Below are positions 16,928 through 27,105 of a DNA stretch of 62,435 nt, piece by piece. This DNA is from a bacterium. Its GTDB lineage: Bacteria > Patescibacteriota > JABMPQ01 > JAUVWW01. The DNA lies in the NCBI GenBank assembly GCA_030603885.1, contig JAUVWW010000005.1, positions 1-62,435 of the forward strand. The letters are read 5' to 3'. Below the pieces are notes generated by a model that did not search any database, was not told the DNA's origin, and saw only the letters and a program-made list of their open reading frames with translations. How positions within the stretch are numbered: the stretch's first letter is position 1; every line of letters begins with the position of its first letter. A program made the translations under genes and the position numbers.

Positions 16928-17707
16928 TCAGAAATTTTTTATAATTTTTTTGGTCACTCTGGGAATTTCGTCATTAACCAAATAGGCATCATAAATGGCT
17001 GTACTTTCTCGAAGCTCTTCAGGAGCTCTGGCCAAACGTTTCTCTATTTCTTCAAAGGGAGCTCCTTTCCAGGAAGTTCTAATCCGAAAGCAAAGCTCTT
17101 CAAAGGAAGGAGGAAGAATAAATAGAGAAAGATGAGCAACTTTTCTAAACTCTTCCTTCTGTTCTAGCCCTCTTAACGATTGAATACTTTTTTCTAGGTA
17201 GAATTTCTCTTTAGAGGAAACTCCTTCTAGAAACTTATCTCTCAAAAATCCATGCCAGGCTCCATGAGTTTTTCCGTATTGGAAGAATCTCCCTTCTTTT
17301 TTCATCCTTTCAAATTCTTTTTCACCTACAAAGAAATAATCTATTCCCTCTTTCTCTCCTGCCCGAGGAGATCGGGTAGTCACGTTAGGAAGAAAAAGGA
17401 TGTTTGTCTTTTTTTCTAGCTCACTTTCAATTGCTCCCTTACCTACCCCAGAAGGACCAGAAATAACTAAAAACCGATTTTTTCCCTTTTTCTCTTTTAA
17501 CCTGCCTTCTGTAGCTTCTTCCAAAAGATAAGGAGCTTTTTCTATTAATTCCCTTTCTTCTAATTTGGGAAGTTCTTTTCCTATTTCTTGGTGTTTTGAT
17601 TTTAAGACTTGAATCAGCGTCTCATTCCAAGCTTTTTCTAGATTTTCTAATTTTTCCCTTTGCTCTTTGGAGCCTTCAAATTGTAAATCTAGTCTCTTTT
17701 CTCGCAT
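16928..17707 (-). CDS. Guanylate-kinase-family protein, paralog B, with a roughly 80-aa N-terminal extension
   Basis: VISGPSGVGKG and NVTTRSPRAGEKEGIDYFFV. Confidence 0.65.
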   Translation of the reverse strand: MREKRLDLQFEGSKEQREKLENLEKAWNETLIQVLKSKHQEIGKELPKLEERELIEKAPYLLEEATEGRLKEKKGKNRFLVISGPSGVGKGAIESELEKKTNILFLPNVTTRSPRAGEKEGIDYFFVGEKEFERMKKEGRFFQYGKTHGAWHGFLRDKFLEGVSSKEKFYLEKSIQSLRGLEQKEEFRKVAHLSLFILPPSFEELCFRIRTSWKGAPFEEIEKRLARAPEELRESTAIYDAYLVNDEIPRVTKKIIKNF

Positions 17708-17762
17708 ATATTTTTATTAAATAATCAATGGTCATACAAAGTTAATTTTTTATTCTTCATAT

Positions 17763-17791
17763 AAGATATCATATTTAAAAAATTCATGCAA
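17763..17791 (-). promoter_or_regulatory. Candidate promoter for the gmk-like B / nudix / pfk unit
   Basis: Minus strand: TTGCAT, 17 nt, TATCTT. Confidence 0.35.
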
Positions 17792-17810
17792 AGGTTAACT
17801 ATCCTTACAA

Positions 17811-17838
17811 AATAACAAAAACCAAGCTTCAAGCCTGG
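17811..17838 (-). terminator. Rho-independent terminator after rpoC
   Basis: Minus-strand RNA CCAGGC-UUGAA-GCUUGG followed by UUUUUGUUAUU. Confidence 0.55.
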
Positions 17839-17860
17839 CCTATTTGTTAATTGCTAATTG

Positions 17861-20800
17861 TTATTTTCTATACCCTGTCCCACAAGGAATCAGTCTTCCA
17901 ATAATCACATTTTCTTTAAGACCTCTAAGGCGATCTACTTTTCCAGTGGTGGCTGCATCAATCAAAATTCTGGATGTTTCTTGAAAAGAAGCAGCAGAAA
18001 GGAAGCTTTCTATAGACAAAGAAGCTTTGGTGATTCCTAAAAGAAGTTCTTGGGCTTGAGGTGCCTTTTTGCCTTCTTTCTCTACCTTCTCTTTTATCTC
18101 CTCAAAAACGCTCCTTTCAATAGTTTCCCCAGGCAAAAGATCACTTTCTCCAGGATCAACTATTCTTATTCTTGAGAACATCTGTCTGATGATAATTTCC
18201 ATATGCTTATCATTTACATCCTGTCCTTGAGAAGTATAGATACGCTGAATCTCTTTGAGAATATATTTTTGAGCAGTCTCTTTGCCGGCTATTTCATAAA
18301 GCTCTCTCAGGTCTAATCTACCTTCGGATAACTGCTGCCCCTGCTCAACTTTATCTCCTGTCTTTACCCAAAGAACACTATTGGGAGGTAAAGTATATTT
18401 AAGCTCTTGAACCTCTTTTCCTAAAATATACGGCTTTCCTTTCTCTTCTTTGACTACACCTTCAAAATGAGCTTTTATTTTATCTCCCTCTTTTGTAATA
18501 CCAACAATCTCTCCTTTTTTTACTTTCTTTCCTTTTTTAACCTTCAATTTAATCTCTTCTAGCTTTTGATGAGGGAGTTTGGCTGAAGTAATGGTTATTA
18601 TTTTTCCTTCTTCTTTCTCTTCGACACTGGCCAAGCCATCTATCTCTGTAATTAAAGCTGGACTTTTTATTTTTCTGGCTTCAAAAAGCTCCTCCACTCG
18701 AGGTAAGCCCAAGGTAATATCTGCTTCCCCAGCTACTCCCCCAGTATGAAAGGTTCTCAGAGTCAGCTGAGTTCCTGGTTCTCCAATTGATTGAGCTGCT
18801 ATTATTCCCACTGCCTCTCCGATCTTAACAGGGATATTTGATCCTAGATCCCAACCATAACACCTCTGACAAACTCCTCGTTTAGCCTGACAGGTTAAGA
18901 TAGAGAAGATCCTAACTTGGTCTAACTTTAGCTTTTCAATTACCCCTGCTTTTTCCCTAGTTATTAATTCTCCTTTTTTTATCACTACTTTGCCAGATTT
19001 GCCTTTTATATCACAAGCTATTGTTCTTCCTAAAATTCTTTCTGAAATGGTTCTTGTCATCTCTTCGCTTTCTTTTTTGGTAATAACTATTCCCTCTTTA
19101 TCTGGGCAATTCTTTTCATCTATGACTAAATCTTGAGCCACATCAACTAGACGTCTTGTCAGATAGCCTGCACTGGCAGTCCTTAAGGCTGTATCAGAAA
19201 GTCCTTTTCTGGCTCCATGAGTAGAGATGAAGTATTCAAGAACGTCCAGACCTTCCTTAAAACTATCTTTAACTGGTAACTCTATAGTCTCTCCTTTGGG
19301 ATTAGTCATTAGTCCTCTCATTCCAGTCATCTGAGTAACTTGAGTCCAGGTCCCCCTGGCTCCTGATTCTACCATATAGGTGGGAGTACTAAACTCATCT
19401 AGGGTAGCTTGAGCTAGCTTGGACATTTCTTCTTTAACCCGAGCCCAGATTTCAATAACCTTATGATATCTTTCCTCGGAAGTAAGCAACCCGGCCTGAT
19501 ACTGTTTTTCTACTTCCTCTACTTGCTTTTCAGCTAGACTTATAATTTCTTTCTTCTTTTTGGGTATCTTTAGATCATCCATTCCCCAAGAAAGTCCAGA
19601 TCTAGTTAAAAATGTAAAACCTAGTCTCTTGATATTGTCTAGCAGTTGGCAAACCACCTTTGTACCATAACGCTCAAGACAGGTGGAAACTATCTCTCCT
19701 AAAGCTTTTTTATCTAAGGCTTGATTAATAAAAGGTTCGCCTTGGGGCATTATCTGATTAAAATAGATTCTACCTATACAGGTCTCTTGTATTTTGTTTT
19801 TTATCTTAACTTTTACTTTAGCTCGGATATCAACCAATCTATATAAATAGGCTAAAATAGCTTCTTCAGCTGAGGCAAAGTTCTTTCCTTCTCCTTTGAC
19901 CCCTTCTTTGATTTTAGTCATCCAATAGATTCCCAAAGCAATGTCTTTCGAAGCAGTAGTGATAGGTTCTCCAATTGCTGGCTTAAGTAGATTTAGAGTA
20001 GAGGCCATAATTTCTTTGGCCTCACGCTGGGCGTGAGGAGTTAGAGGAACATGAATAGCCATTTGATCTCCGTCAAAGTCAGCATTAAAAGCAGCACAAA
20101 CCATGGGATGAACTCGAATAGCTTTACCTTCAATTAAAACAGGCTGAAAAGCTTGGATTCCAAGCCTATGTAAAGTAGGAGCTCGATTTAGCAAAACATA
20201 ATAATCAGAAATTATCCCTTCCAGTTCATCCCAGACTTCAGGTCTTCCTTCATCAACTAACTTAGAGGCTGATCTTACATTATGAGCTAGCTCTTTTTTA
20301 ATTAATTTGTGAATAACATAAGGTTTAAACAGTTCAAGAGCCATGCCTTTGGGCACCCCGCATTGATGAAGTTTAAGTTCAGAACCAACGACAATAACTG
20401 ATCTTCCTGAATAATCTACTCTTTTTCCTAAAAGATTTTGTCTAAAGCGACCTTGCTTTCCTCTTAACATATCTGCCAAAGATCTCAAGATCCTCCTTTG
20501 AGGACCAGCTGCCACTGCTCTGCCATGTCTGGCCTGATTATCAATAAGAGCATCAACTGCTTCTTGCAACATTCTTTTCTCATTACGACAGATAACCTCA
20601 GGAGCATTTAGCTCAATCAATCTTTTTAGACGATTGTTTCTATTAATGATCCGCCTATACAAATCATTTAAGTCTGATGAGGCAAACCTTCCTCCATCTA
20701 GCTGGACCATGGGTCTAAGGTCCGGAGGTAAAACAGGTACAATGGTCAAGATCATCCACTCTGGTCTCATTTTGGCTCGAATAAATCCCTTAACCAATCT

Positions 20801-21643
20801 TAGGCGTTGTCCTAATTTTTTCCTTTGAGCTAAAGAAGCCTTCTTTAAAGCTGTTTCTAGATCTTTGACTGACTTTCTAAGATCGATCTCTGAAAGAAGT
20901 TTTCTTATAGCTTCTGCTCCCATACTAGCCTGAAAAACTTGACCATACTTCAAAGAAAGATCTCTATATTCCAGCTCTGAGATTACTTCCAGTTTCTTCA
21001 TCTCTTTTAACTCTTGGGTAGCTTTATTATAGCTGTCTTTAAAACTGGATATCTTTTCTTCTCTCTGTTTTGAGATAGAAGATAATTCTTTTTCCTTTTC
21101 TGCCTTGGCAAGCTTTTCTTGTTTAACTTGGGCAATCTGTTTATTAAACTTTGCCTCCAAGGCTTTTTGTTTAGACTTATACTCGCTTTTTAACTCTTCT
21201 TGAACTCCTTGCTTAGCTTCCTCATCTACAAAAGTTATAATATAACTAGTAAAGTAAACAACCTTTTCTAGCTTTTGAACAGATAAATCAAGCAAGAGGC
21301 CAATTCGAGAAGGAACCCCTTCTAAAAACCAAATATGACTAACCGGAGAAGCCAGCTTGATATGGCCCATTCTTTCTCTTCTTACTAAGGACCTGGTTAC
21401 TTCTACACCGCATCTATCACAAACAATGCCCTTATATCGAATTCTCTTATATTTTCCACAATAACACTGCCAGTCTCTGGTGGGACCAAAGGTCTTTTCA
21501 CAAAAAAGTCCATCCATTTCAGGCCTCTGTGTCCTATAGTTAATGGTCTCTGGTTTTTTTACTTCACCATGAGACCAACCGAGAATCTCTTCTGGTGAAG
21601 CCAATTTTAGCCTAATTGCTTGGAAATCTAATTCTTGAGGCAT
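17861..21643 (-). CDS. rpoC: DNA-directed RNA polymerase subunit beta'
   Basis: Zn finger CYCGKYKRIRYKGIVCDRCGVEV. Catalytic NADFDGDQM. 1260 aa. Confidence 0.98.
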   Translation of the reverse strand: MPQELDFQAIRLKLASPEEILGWSHGEVKKPETINYRTQRPEMDGLFCEKTFGPTRDWQCYCGKYKRIRYKGIVCDRCGVEVTRSLVRRERMGHIKLASPVSHIWFLEGVPSRIGLLLDLSVQKLEKVVYFTSYIITFVDEEAKQGVQEELKSEYKSKQKALEAKFNKQIAQVKQEKLAKAEKEKELSSISKQREEKISSFKDSYNKATQELKEMKKLEVISELEYRDLSLKYGQVFQASMGAEAIRKLLSEIDLRKSVKDLETALKKASLAQRKKLGQRLRLVKGFIRAKMRPEWMILTIVPVLPPDLRPMVQLDGGRFASSDLNDLYRRIINRNNRLKRLIELNAPEVICRNEKRMLQEAVDALIDNQARHGRAVAAGPQRRILRSLADMLRGKQGRFRQNLLGKRVDYSGRSVIVVGSELKLHQCGVPKGMALELFKPYVIHKLIKKELAHNVRSASKLVDEGRPEVWDELEGIISDYYVLLNRAPTLHRLGIQAFQPVLIEGKAIRVHPMVCAAFNADFDGDQMAIHVPLTPHAQREAKEIMASTLNLLKPAIGEPITTASKDIALGIYWMTKIKEGVKGEGKNFASAEEAILAYLYRLVDIRAKVKVKIKNKIQETCIGRIYFNQIMPQGEPFINQALDKKALGEIVSTCLERYGTKVVCQLLDNIKRLGFTFLTRSGLSWGMDDLKIPKKKKEIISLAEKQVEEVEKQYQAGLLTSEERYHKVIEIWARVKEEMSKLAQATLDEFSTPTYMVESGARGTWTQVTQMTGMRGLMTNPKGETIELPVKDSFKEGLDVLEYFISTHGARKGLSDTALRTASAGYLTRRLVDVAQDLVIDEKNCPDKEGIVITKKESEEMTRTISERILGRTIACDIKGKSGKVVIKKGELITREKAGVIEKLKLDQVRIFSILTCQAKRGVCQRCYGWDLGSNIPVKIGEAVGIIAAQSIGEPGTQLTLRTFHTGGVAGEADITLGLPRVEELFEARKIKSPALITEIDGLASVEEKEEGKIITITSAKLPHQKLEEIKLKVKKGKKVKKGEIVGITKEGDKIKAHFEGVVKEEKGKPYILGKEVQELKYTLPPNSVLWVKTGDKVEQGQQLSEGRLDLRELYEIAGKETAQKYILKEIQRIYTSQGQDVNDKHMEIIIRQMFSRIRIVDPGESDLLPGETIERSVFEEIKEKVEKEGKKAPQAQELLLGITKASLSIESFLSAASFQETSRILIDAATTGKVDRLRGLKENVIIGRLIPCGTGYRK

Positions 21644-21694
21644 CTTAAAAAATTAAAAACTCAAAATTAAAATTTAACTTTTAGTTTTGGACTT

Positions 21695-24600
21695 TTAACT
21701 TTCCTTCTGTCTTTTGGTTTCTTTTTCCTTTTCTTCTCCCTTTTCTTGAAGCTCTACATTCAAACCCAGGCTCTTTAGCTCGCGCACAAGCACTGAAAAT
21801 GATTCAGGGATATGAGGTTTTCTAATAGGCTCTCCTTTAATAATAGCTTCATAGGTTTTGGCTCGACCAGGCACATCGTCTGATTTAATGGTCAGCATTT
21901 CTTGAAGAGTATGAGCTGCTCCATAAGCCTCTAGGGCCCAAACTTCCATCTCTCCAAAACGCTGACCTCCAAACTGAGCCTTTCCTCCTAAAGGCTGCTG
22001 AGTAATGAGAGAGTAGGGACCAATTGATCTTTGATGAATCTTATCCTCTACCAAATGTAGAAGCTTCAAAATGTACATATAACCACAAGTTACCTTTTCA
22101 TGAAAAAATTCTCCAGTTTTACCATTGTAAAGGATTACTTTGCCATCCTCGGGAAGACCAGTCTTTTTTAATTCTTCTTTAATAGTGCTCTCTGTTACTC
22201 CATCAAAGGCTGGAGAAGCTACTTTATAGCCTAATTTTTTAGCTGCCCATCCTAGGTGAGTCTCTAAAATCTGTCCGATATTCATACGTGATATAACCCC
22301 AAGGGGATTGAGTATGATATCAACTGGAGTCCCATCAGCTAGATAAGGCATATCTTCTTGAGGAACAATCTTAGAGATTACTCCTTTATTTCCATGTCGG
22401 CCAGTAAGTTTATCTCCTACCTGAATCTTGCGCAACTGGGCAATAGATATTTGAATGGTTTTGATTACCCCAGCTTCAAGCTTATCTCCCTTTTCTCTAG
22501 AAAATATTTTTATTCCTACTATCTTTCCCCTTTTTCCATGCTGAAGATATAAAGAGGTATCTTTTACTTCCTTAGCTTCCTCTCCAAAAAGGGCACGGAG
22601 CAGTCTTTCTTCAGCCGTAAGCTCAGTCTCTCCTTTAGGGGTGATCTTGCCTACTAAAATATCTCTTGAACGAACCTCAGCTCCAATCCGGACTACTCCT
22701 TCCTCGTCTAAATTTTTTAGCTTTTCCTCCGATACATTAGGAATATCTCTGGTTACCATCTCCGGTCCAAGTTTAGTATCTCTTATATCGCAAGAAAAGT
22801 CTTCGATATGGATGGTGGTAAATCTGTCTTGGTGCAAGACTCTATCTGAAATCAGAATAGCATCTTCAAAATTTCCTCCTTCCCAAGACATAAAAGCGAC
22901 CAAGAGATTTTGTCCAAGGGCCAGTTCCCCATCTTGAGTGGCTGCTCCATCTACAACCACTTGGTTTTTGGTGACTTTATCTCCTAGAAAGACAGTCGGA
23001 TGTTGATTAATGCAGGTATTAGTATTAGAACGAACAAACTTAGAAAGATTATAGACTCTTGAATTTCCATCTTCTTCTTGAATATTAATGTGATCTGCGT
23101 CTACTTCTTTTACCTTGCCTGCTTTTTTAGCCAAAATAACTGAGCCGGAATCAAGAGCCGCCCTTGTCTCTATGCCAGTGCCAATAATAGGAGCTTCCGG
23201 TCGAATAGAAACAACTGCTTGTCGCTGCATATTTGTTCCCATTAGAGCTCTGTTGGCATCGTCATGTTCTAGAAAAGGAATAAGAGAAGTAGCAATAGAG
23301 ATAATCTGATTACAAGCTACATCCATATAATCAATCTTGTTGACAGATTCTTTAGCCGGCACTCCTCCTATCCTTACTTCAGCTCTAGCTTCTTCAAAAT
23401 AGCCATTTTCGTCTAGAGGAGTAGTGGCCGGAGTGCAAACTGCCTTTTCTTCCTCATAAGCATCAAGATAAACCACCTCACCTGTAACTCTGGGCTTAAT
23501 AGGAATAGTATCTACATCGAACTTCTTTGCTCTTTCTATATCTTGCCTAGTAAGTTTGGTATCTGCCTTTATAATAATCCTCCCTTTCTGATCTTTAACA
23601 TCTTCGCGAGTTATTTCTCCCTTCACCTTATTTATTTCTTCTTTTCTAATGTCATGAATAACCTTTCTATAGGGAGTCTCAATAAATCCATATTCATTAA
23701 TGCGAGCGTAGGAAGCAAGATGTCCTACTAAACCAATATTTGGTCCCTCTGGAGTAGCAATAGGACAAATCCTTCCGTAGTGAGAAGAATGAACATCCCT
23801 TACCTCAAAACCAGCTCTCTCTCTAGATAGCCCTCCTGGTCCCATAACTGAGAGGCGACGCTTGTGTTCTAGCTCGGAGAGTGGATTAGTCTGATCCATA
23901 AACTGAGAAAGTTGAGAAGACATAAAAAACTCTCTGATAGAGGAAATAATGGGCCTAGAATTAATGATTTGAGCTGGGGTCAGGATATCAATGTCTAAAG
24001 TAGACATTCTATCCTTGACTATCCGCTCCACTCTCATCAACCCTACTCTCATTCTTGCTTGCAAAAGTTCTCCTACTGTTTTTACTCGTCTGTTACCTAA
24101 ATGATCAATATCATCAGGTTCCCCTTGCTCAACATTGAGTTTGATTAGCTCCTTCAAGATAGCTACTAAATCCTCAGGCCTTAAGATCCTGGTGCCTTTT
24201 TTAATAGGAACCTTAAGGTTGAGGCGTTGATTAAGCTTATATCTTCCTACTTTACCTAAATCATAGCGCTCGAAATTAAAGAACATAGCTTCAATTAAAG
24301 ATTTGGCATTGTCGGCAGTAGCAAGATCTCCCGGTCTAATTCTTTTATATATTTCAATAAATCCCTCGGCTTGAGTTTTGGAGGGATCTTTGGCTAAAGT
24401 AGCTTTAATATATTTTAAATCTTTGGTATCTACTTCTCTAAATAGATCACAGATCTCTTCATCTTGGGGATAACCAAAAGTTCTAAGTAGAGCTGTGGCT
24501 GGCACTTTTCTTTTACGATCAATCCTAACATGGATAGCACCCGATGAGTCTGTTTCAAATTCAAGCCAAGCACCACGGTCAGGTATAACCTTAGCTCCAA

Positions 24601-25078
24601 ACAGCTTTTGTTCTCCCTTGATCTCTGCGGTATAAAAAACACCAGGTGATCTGATGAGCTGACTGACTACCACTCTTTCTATACCATTAATAATAAAAAT
24701 TCCTCTATCTGTCATTAGAGGAAGATCTCCAAGATAAACTTCTTGCTCTTTAATTTCTCCTGTTTTCTTGTTAATCAACTCAACTTGAGCTCTTATAGCT
24801 GCTTCATAAGTAGCATTTCTAGACTTAGCTTGAAGTTCGTCCAGCTTGGGCTCGTCCAGCATGTAGCCTGTAAATTTCAAAGCAAGATTTTCTTCTGTAA
24901 AATCTTCAATGGGGGATATTTCATCTAGAAGTTCTTTTATACCTTTATCTAGAAACCATCGGTAGGAGTTTTGCTGAATTTCAATTAAATTAGGCAAAGG
25001 TATAACCTCGTGTTTTTTTGTAAAATATTTCCTTGGTAGCATAAAAAATTTGCTCTCGGGCGAAGAGCTTTTTTGCAA
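21695..25078 (-). CDS. rpoB: DNA-directed RNA polymerase subunit beta
   Basis: Canonical beta motifs, for example [12 protein letters not shown] and [19 protein letters not shown]. The ORF-track start at 25078 is a TTG; an alternative ATG lies at 25042. Confidence 0.97.
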   Translation of the reverse strand: MQKSSSPESKFFMLPRKYFTKKHEVIPLPNLIEIQQNSYRWFLDKGIKELLDEISPIEDFTEENLALKFTGYMLDEPKLDELQAKSRNATYEAAIRAQVELINKKTGEIKEQEVYLGDLPLMTDRGIFIINGIERVVVSQLIRSPGVFYTAEIKGEQKLFGAKVIPDRGAWLEFETDSSGAIHVRIDRKRKVPATALLRTFGYPQDEEICDLFREVDTKDLKYIKATLAKDPSKTQAEGFIEIYKRIRPGDLATADNAKSLIEAMFFNFERYDLGKVGRYKLNQRLNLKVPIKKGTRILRPEDLVAILKELIKLNVEQGEPDDIDHLGNRRVKTVGELLQARMRVGLMRVERIVKDRMSTLDIDILTPAQIINSRPIISSIREFFMSSQLSQFMDQTNPLSELEHKRRLSVMGPGGLSRERAGFEVRDVHSSHYGRICPIATPEGPNIGLVGHLASYARINEYGFIETPYRKVIHDIRKEEINKVKGEITREDVKDQKGRIIIKADTKLTRQDIERAKKFDVDTIPIKPRVTGEVVYLDAYEEEKAVCTPATTPLDENGYFEEARAEVRIGGVPAKESVNKIDYMDVACNQIISIATSLIPFLEHDDANRALMGTNMQRQAVVSIRPEAPIIGTGIETRAALDSGSVILAKKAGKVKEVDADHINIQEEDGNSRVYNLSKFVRSNTNTCINQHPTVFLGDKVTKNQVVVDGAATQDGELALGQNLLVAFMSWEGGNFEDAILISDRVLHQDRFTTIHIEDFSCDIRDTKLGPEMVTRDIPNVSEEKLKNLDEEGVVRIGAEVRSRDILVGKITPKGETELTAEERLLRALFGEEAKEVKDTSLYLQHGKRGKIVGIKIFSREKGDKLEAGVIKTIQISIAQLRKIQVGDKLTGRHGNKGVISKIVPQEDMPYLADGTPVDIILNPLGVISRMNIGQILETHLGWAAKKLGYKVASPAFDGVTESTIKEELKKTGLPEDGKVILYNGKTGEFFHEKVTCGYMYILKLLHLVEDKIHQRSIGPYSLITQQPLGGKAQFGGQRFGEMEVWALEAYGAAHTLQEMLTIKSDDVPGRAKTYEAIIKGEPIRKPHIPESFSVLVRELKSLGLNVELQEKGEEKEKETKRQKES

Positions 25079-25148
25079 TTTAGGTTTTGGAGCCTAAAAT
25101 TTTATTCAATTTTTATAGGTAAAGCTTAATCTTAATTAGGTATAGAGA

Positions 25149-25177
25149 ATACTAGCAGAATTAAGAAATAATGTCAA
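25149..25177 (-). promoter_or_regulatory. rpoBC promoter (TTGACA-N14-TGCTAGTAT)
   Basis: Minus strand: TTGACA (25172-25177), 17 nt, TAGTAT (25149-25154), with an extended TGC. Confidence 0.6.
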
Positions 25178-25212
25178 GAATTTTGGCTAAAAATGCATTT
25201 TTTTACAAAAAT

Positions 25213-25230
25213 TTGGCTTATTTAAGCCAA
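25213..25230. promoter_or_regulatory. 18-nt palindrome TTGGCTTATTTAAGCCAA (TTGGC-N8-GCCAA)
   Basis: Lies 35 nt upstream of the rpoB -35. The flanks AAAAATT...AAA are shared with the 10294 copy. Confidence 0.55.
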
Positions 25231-25310
25231 AAATTTAGAAGAATTTTACAAAGGCAACCAGAAACTAAAAAAGAGTTATGATACTCCATTTTTACCAAAA
25301 AATCAACACC

Positions 25311-25319
25311 TTATCCACA
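25311..25319 (+). promoter_or_regulatory. Perfect DnaA-box-like 9-mer TTATCCACA
   Basis: Exact 9-mer, intergenic. Followed by TTTAAGCTAA, similar to the sequence after the 10366 copy. Confidence 0.4.
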
Positions 25320-25348
25320 ATTTAAGCTAAAAACTATATTAAAATTTC

Positions 25349-25389
25349 CAGAAAAAGAAAACAGGGACCAGAAAAAAATCTGATCCCTG
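25349..25389 (-). terminator. Rho-independent terminator of the FBP aldolase/phosphatase gene
   Basis: CAGGGA..CAGA/TCTG..TCCCTG hairpin followed by TTTTCTTTTT on the minus strand. Confidence 0.6.
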
Positions 25390-25421
25390 AAGCTTTCATT
25401 AAGACACAATCTCAAGAAAGG

Positions 25422-26522
25422 TTAGTGTTTTTTGAATCTGTCCTTCAATTTCTCCATCACTTGAGGGAAAGTAGTATATTCCATCTCATCAAGCGGCAGT
25501 CTGTGTGGTTCAAAAGGTCCGTGTCTTCTCATATAATCAGCTGCATCAAGGGCAAGTTGTCTTGCATTATCAAAGCTTGGATCAGAGAAGAGGTCCTGCG
25601 GACCTATCAGTCTTCCATTTGAGAGTTGAAATGCGGCGGTAATGACCCTGGGTGGTCCATCAAACCTGGCTGGATGAGCATCCTCAAAACTGACCGGCAT
25701 CAGAGGCCCATGATGTGACCCCCTCATCCATCCTGCCACTGTATGAGGAAAAGAAAAAGGTTCAATCACCTCTCCCAGAGCAGGAAAGCCACTCTGTGAC
25801 CTGACTATCATCACCGGATCGTCCTTTCCTACATATTTACCCGCCAAAAGATTTAATTTTTGCGTGGAAGAGGTTGCCGCAATCTCATTGTCACTCTTTC
25901 TGTAGATATTTTTGATAATGTAATGTTCTGTTGCTCCAATGAGTATCAAGAGGTCGTAGATTTCCTCAGGGCAGTTAAAGGAGATTTCTCTGTTTTTGAA
26001 AACGTCAAGGACTTCAAAGATAAAACCACCATGCATCTTTGGGTCAATCACCAGACCAGCTGTGTTAAAAGGGTCAGCAAAAATCTTAAAAAAGGGATAA
26101 TTCCAGGCACCTGGCGATGTCTTATCAGCCATAAAGATGACAATGGGTTCACTTTTTCTTTCAACAATCTCCATTTCGGCACATCCAGGGCCCATCCCTT
26201 TGACATTACCGGCGAATGCATCAGAAAGTAAATCCTGTCCTGCTCCATAAAGTTTTAATTCTTTGGCCACTTCTGTGCATTCTACAAAGATATCCCAGGC
26301 AAGTTTATGTATCTTCTCGCTCTCTGTCCCTTTTCTGTGGGTCATAATCAGTTCCAAATCATCACCACAGTGTGTTACACAGAAATCAACCAACATCCCC
26401 TGATTCTTTGCACTTTCAAGCAATTCTTCTGCTTTCTCCATCAATGCAGGATGCATTGAGGAGTGTCCAACAAAGCCACCTACATCTGCCTTGATTGCCG
26501 ATAGAGTAATCTTTTCTTCCAT
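25422..26522 (-). CDS. fbp: Bifunctional fructose-1,6-bisphosphate aldolase/phosphatase (class V, archaeal type)
   Basis: The N-terminus MEEKITLSAIKADVGGFVGHSSMHP is diagnostic of the family. Start set to ATG 26522, which follows AAAGGAGG. Confidence 0.85.
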   Translation of the reverse strand: MEEKITLSAIKADVGGFVGHSSMHPALMEKAEELLESAKNQGMLVDFCVTHCGDDLELIMTHRKGTESEKIHKLAWDIFVECTEVAKELKLYGAGQDLLSDAFAGNVKGMGPGCAEMEIVERKSEPIVIFMADKTSPGAWNYPFFKIFADPFNTAGLVIDPKMHGGFIFEVLDVFKNREISFNCPEEIYDLLILIGATEHYIIKNIYRKSDNEIAATSSTQKLNLLAGKYVGKDDPVMIVRSQSGFPALGEVIEPFSFPHTVAGWMRGSHHGPLMPVSFEDAHPARFDGPPRVITAAFQLSNGRLIGPQDLFSDPSFDNARQLALDAADYMRRHGPFEPHRLPLDEMEYTTFPQVMEKLKDRFKKH

Positions 26523-26606
26523 CTTACCTCCTTTCATTCCAATTCCTACACTAATCTTTTTCACCCCCTTTCTTATTATTTTTTATGAACAGACAATAAT
26601 TGTTTT

Positions 26607-26635
26607 AGCTTATAATAAGTAAAAAAGTCTGTCAA
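26607..26635 (-). promoter_or_regulatory. Candidate fbp promoter
   Basis: Minus strand: TTGACA (26630-26635) with TAAGCT or TATAAG at a 15-17 nt spacing. Confidence 0.4.
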
Positions 26636-26639
26636 GCCT

Positions 26640-27068
26640 TTAGCTAATAGACGTCTTCCTTGGCTTTGTAATATGAGGCTTTCTTTTATAAAACGGAATA
26701 ACTGTTTTGGCTATGGAATATTTTGATCTTATTAGTCTATCATAATATTGATTGACTATTTTTTTGGTATAAATTTTATTTACTTTTTCAGTGGTCACAC
26801 CGATGATGGGAATTTTTAAAGCATAAGCTAGGGCATTGGCTGAGGCTACTCCCACCCTAAGACCAGTATAAGACCCTGGTCCTTTGACCACAATAATTCC
26901 CTTAAGGTCATTTACTGAAACCTTGGCCTTGGCTGATAGCTTTTTTATCTTGGGTAATAATGTTTCAGAATGTCTAAAGTAAGCTGGCCAGGTTTGATAA
27001 TAAAATTTATTTTTATCAGCCAAAGCTAGATGGGCTTGATCCTGGCTTGTATCAATAAATAAAATCAT
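26640..27068 (-). CDS. tsaB: tRNA t6A biosynthesis protein TsaB (short form)
   Basis: MILFIDTS...GIIVVKGPGSYTGLRVGVASANALAYALKIPIIGV. Confidence 0.8.
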   Translation of the reverse strand: MILFIDTSQDQAHLALADKNKFYYQTWPAYFRHSETLLPKIKKLSAKAKVSVNDLKGIIVVKGPGSYTGLRVGVASANALAYALKIPIIGVTTEKVNKIYTKKIVNQYYDRLIRSKYSIAKTVIPFYKRKPHITKPRKTSIS

Positions 27069-27105
27069 CTATAATAAAATTACTAAATTACTAGATTACT
27101 AATCT

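Noticed and set aside
25860-26231. 123-aa plus-strand ORF, and the 26048-26248 (-) ORF
   Set aside because: They are antisense or off-frame within the highly recognisable FBP aldolase/phosphatase gene.
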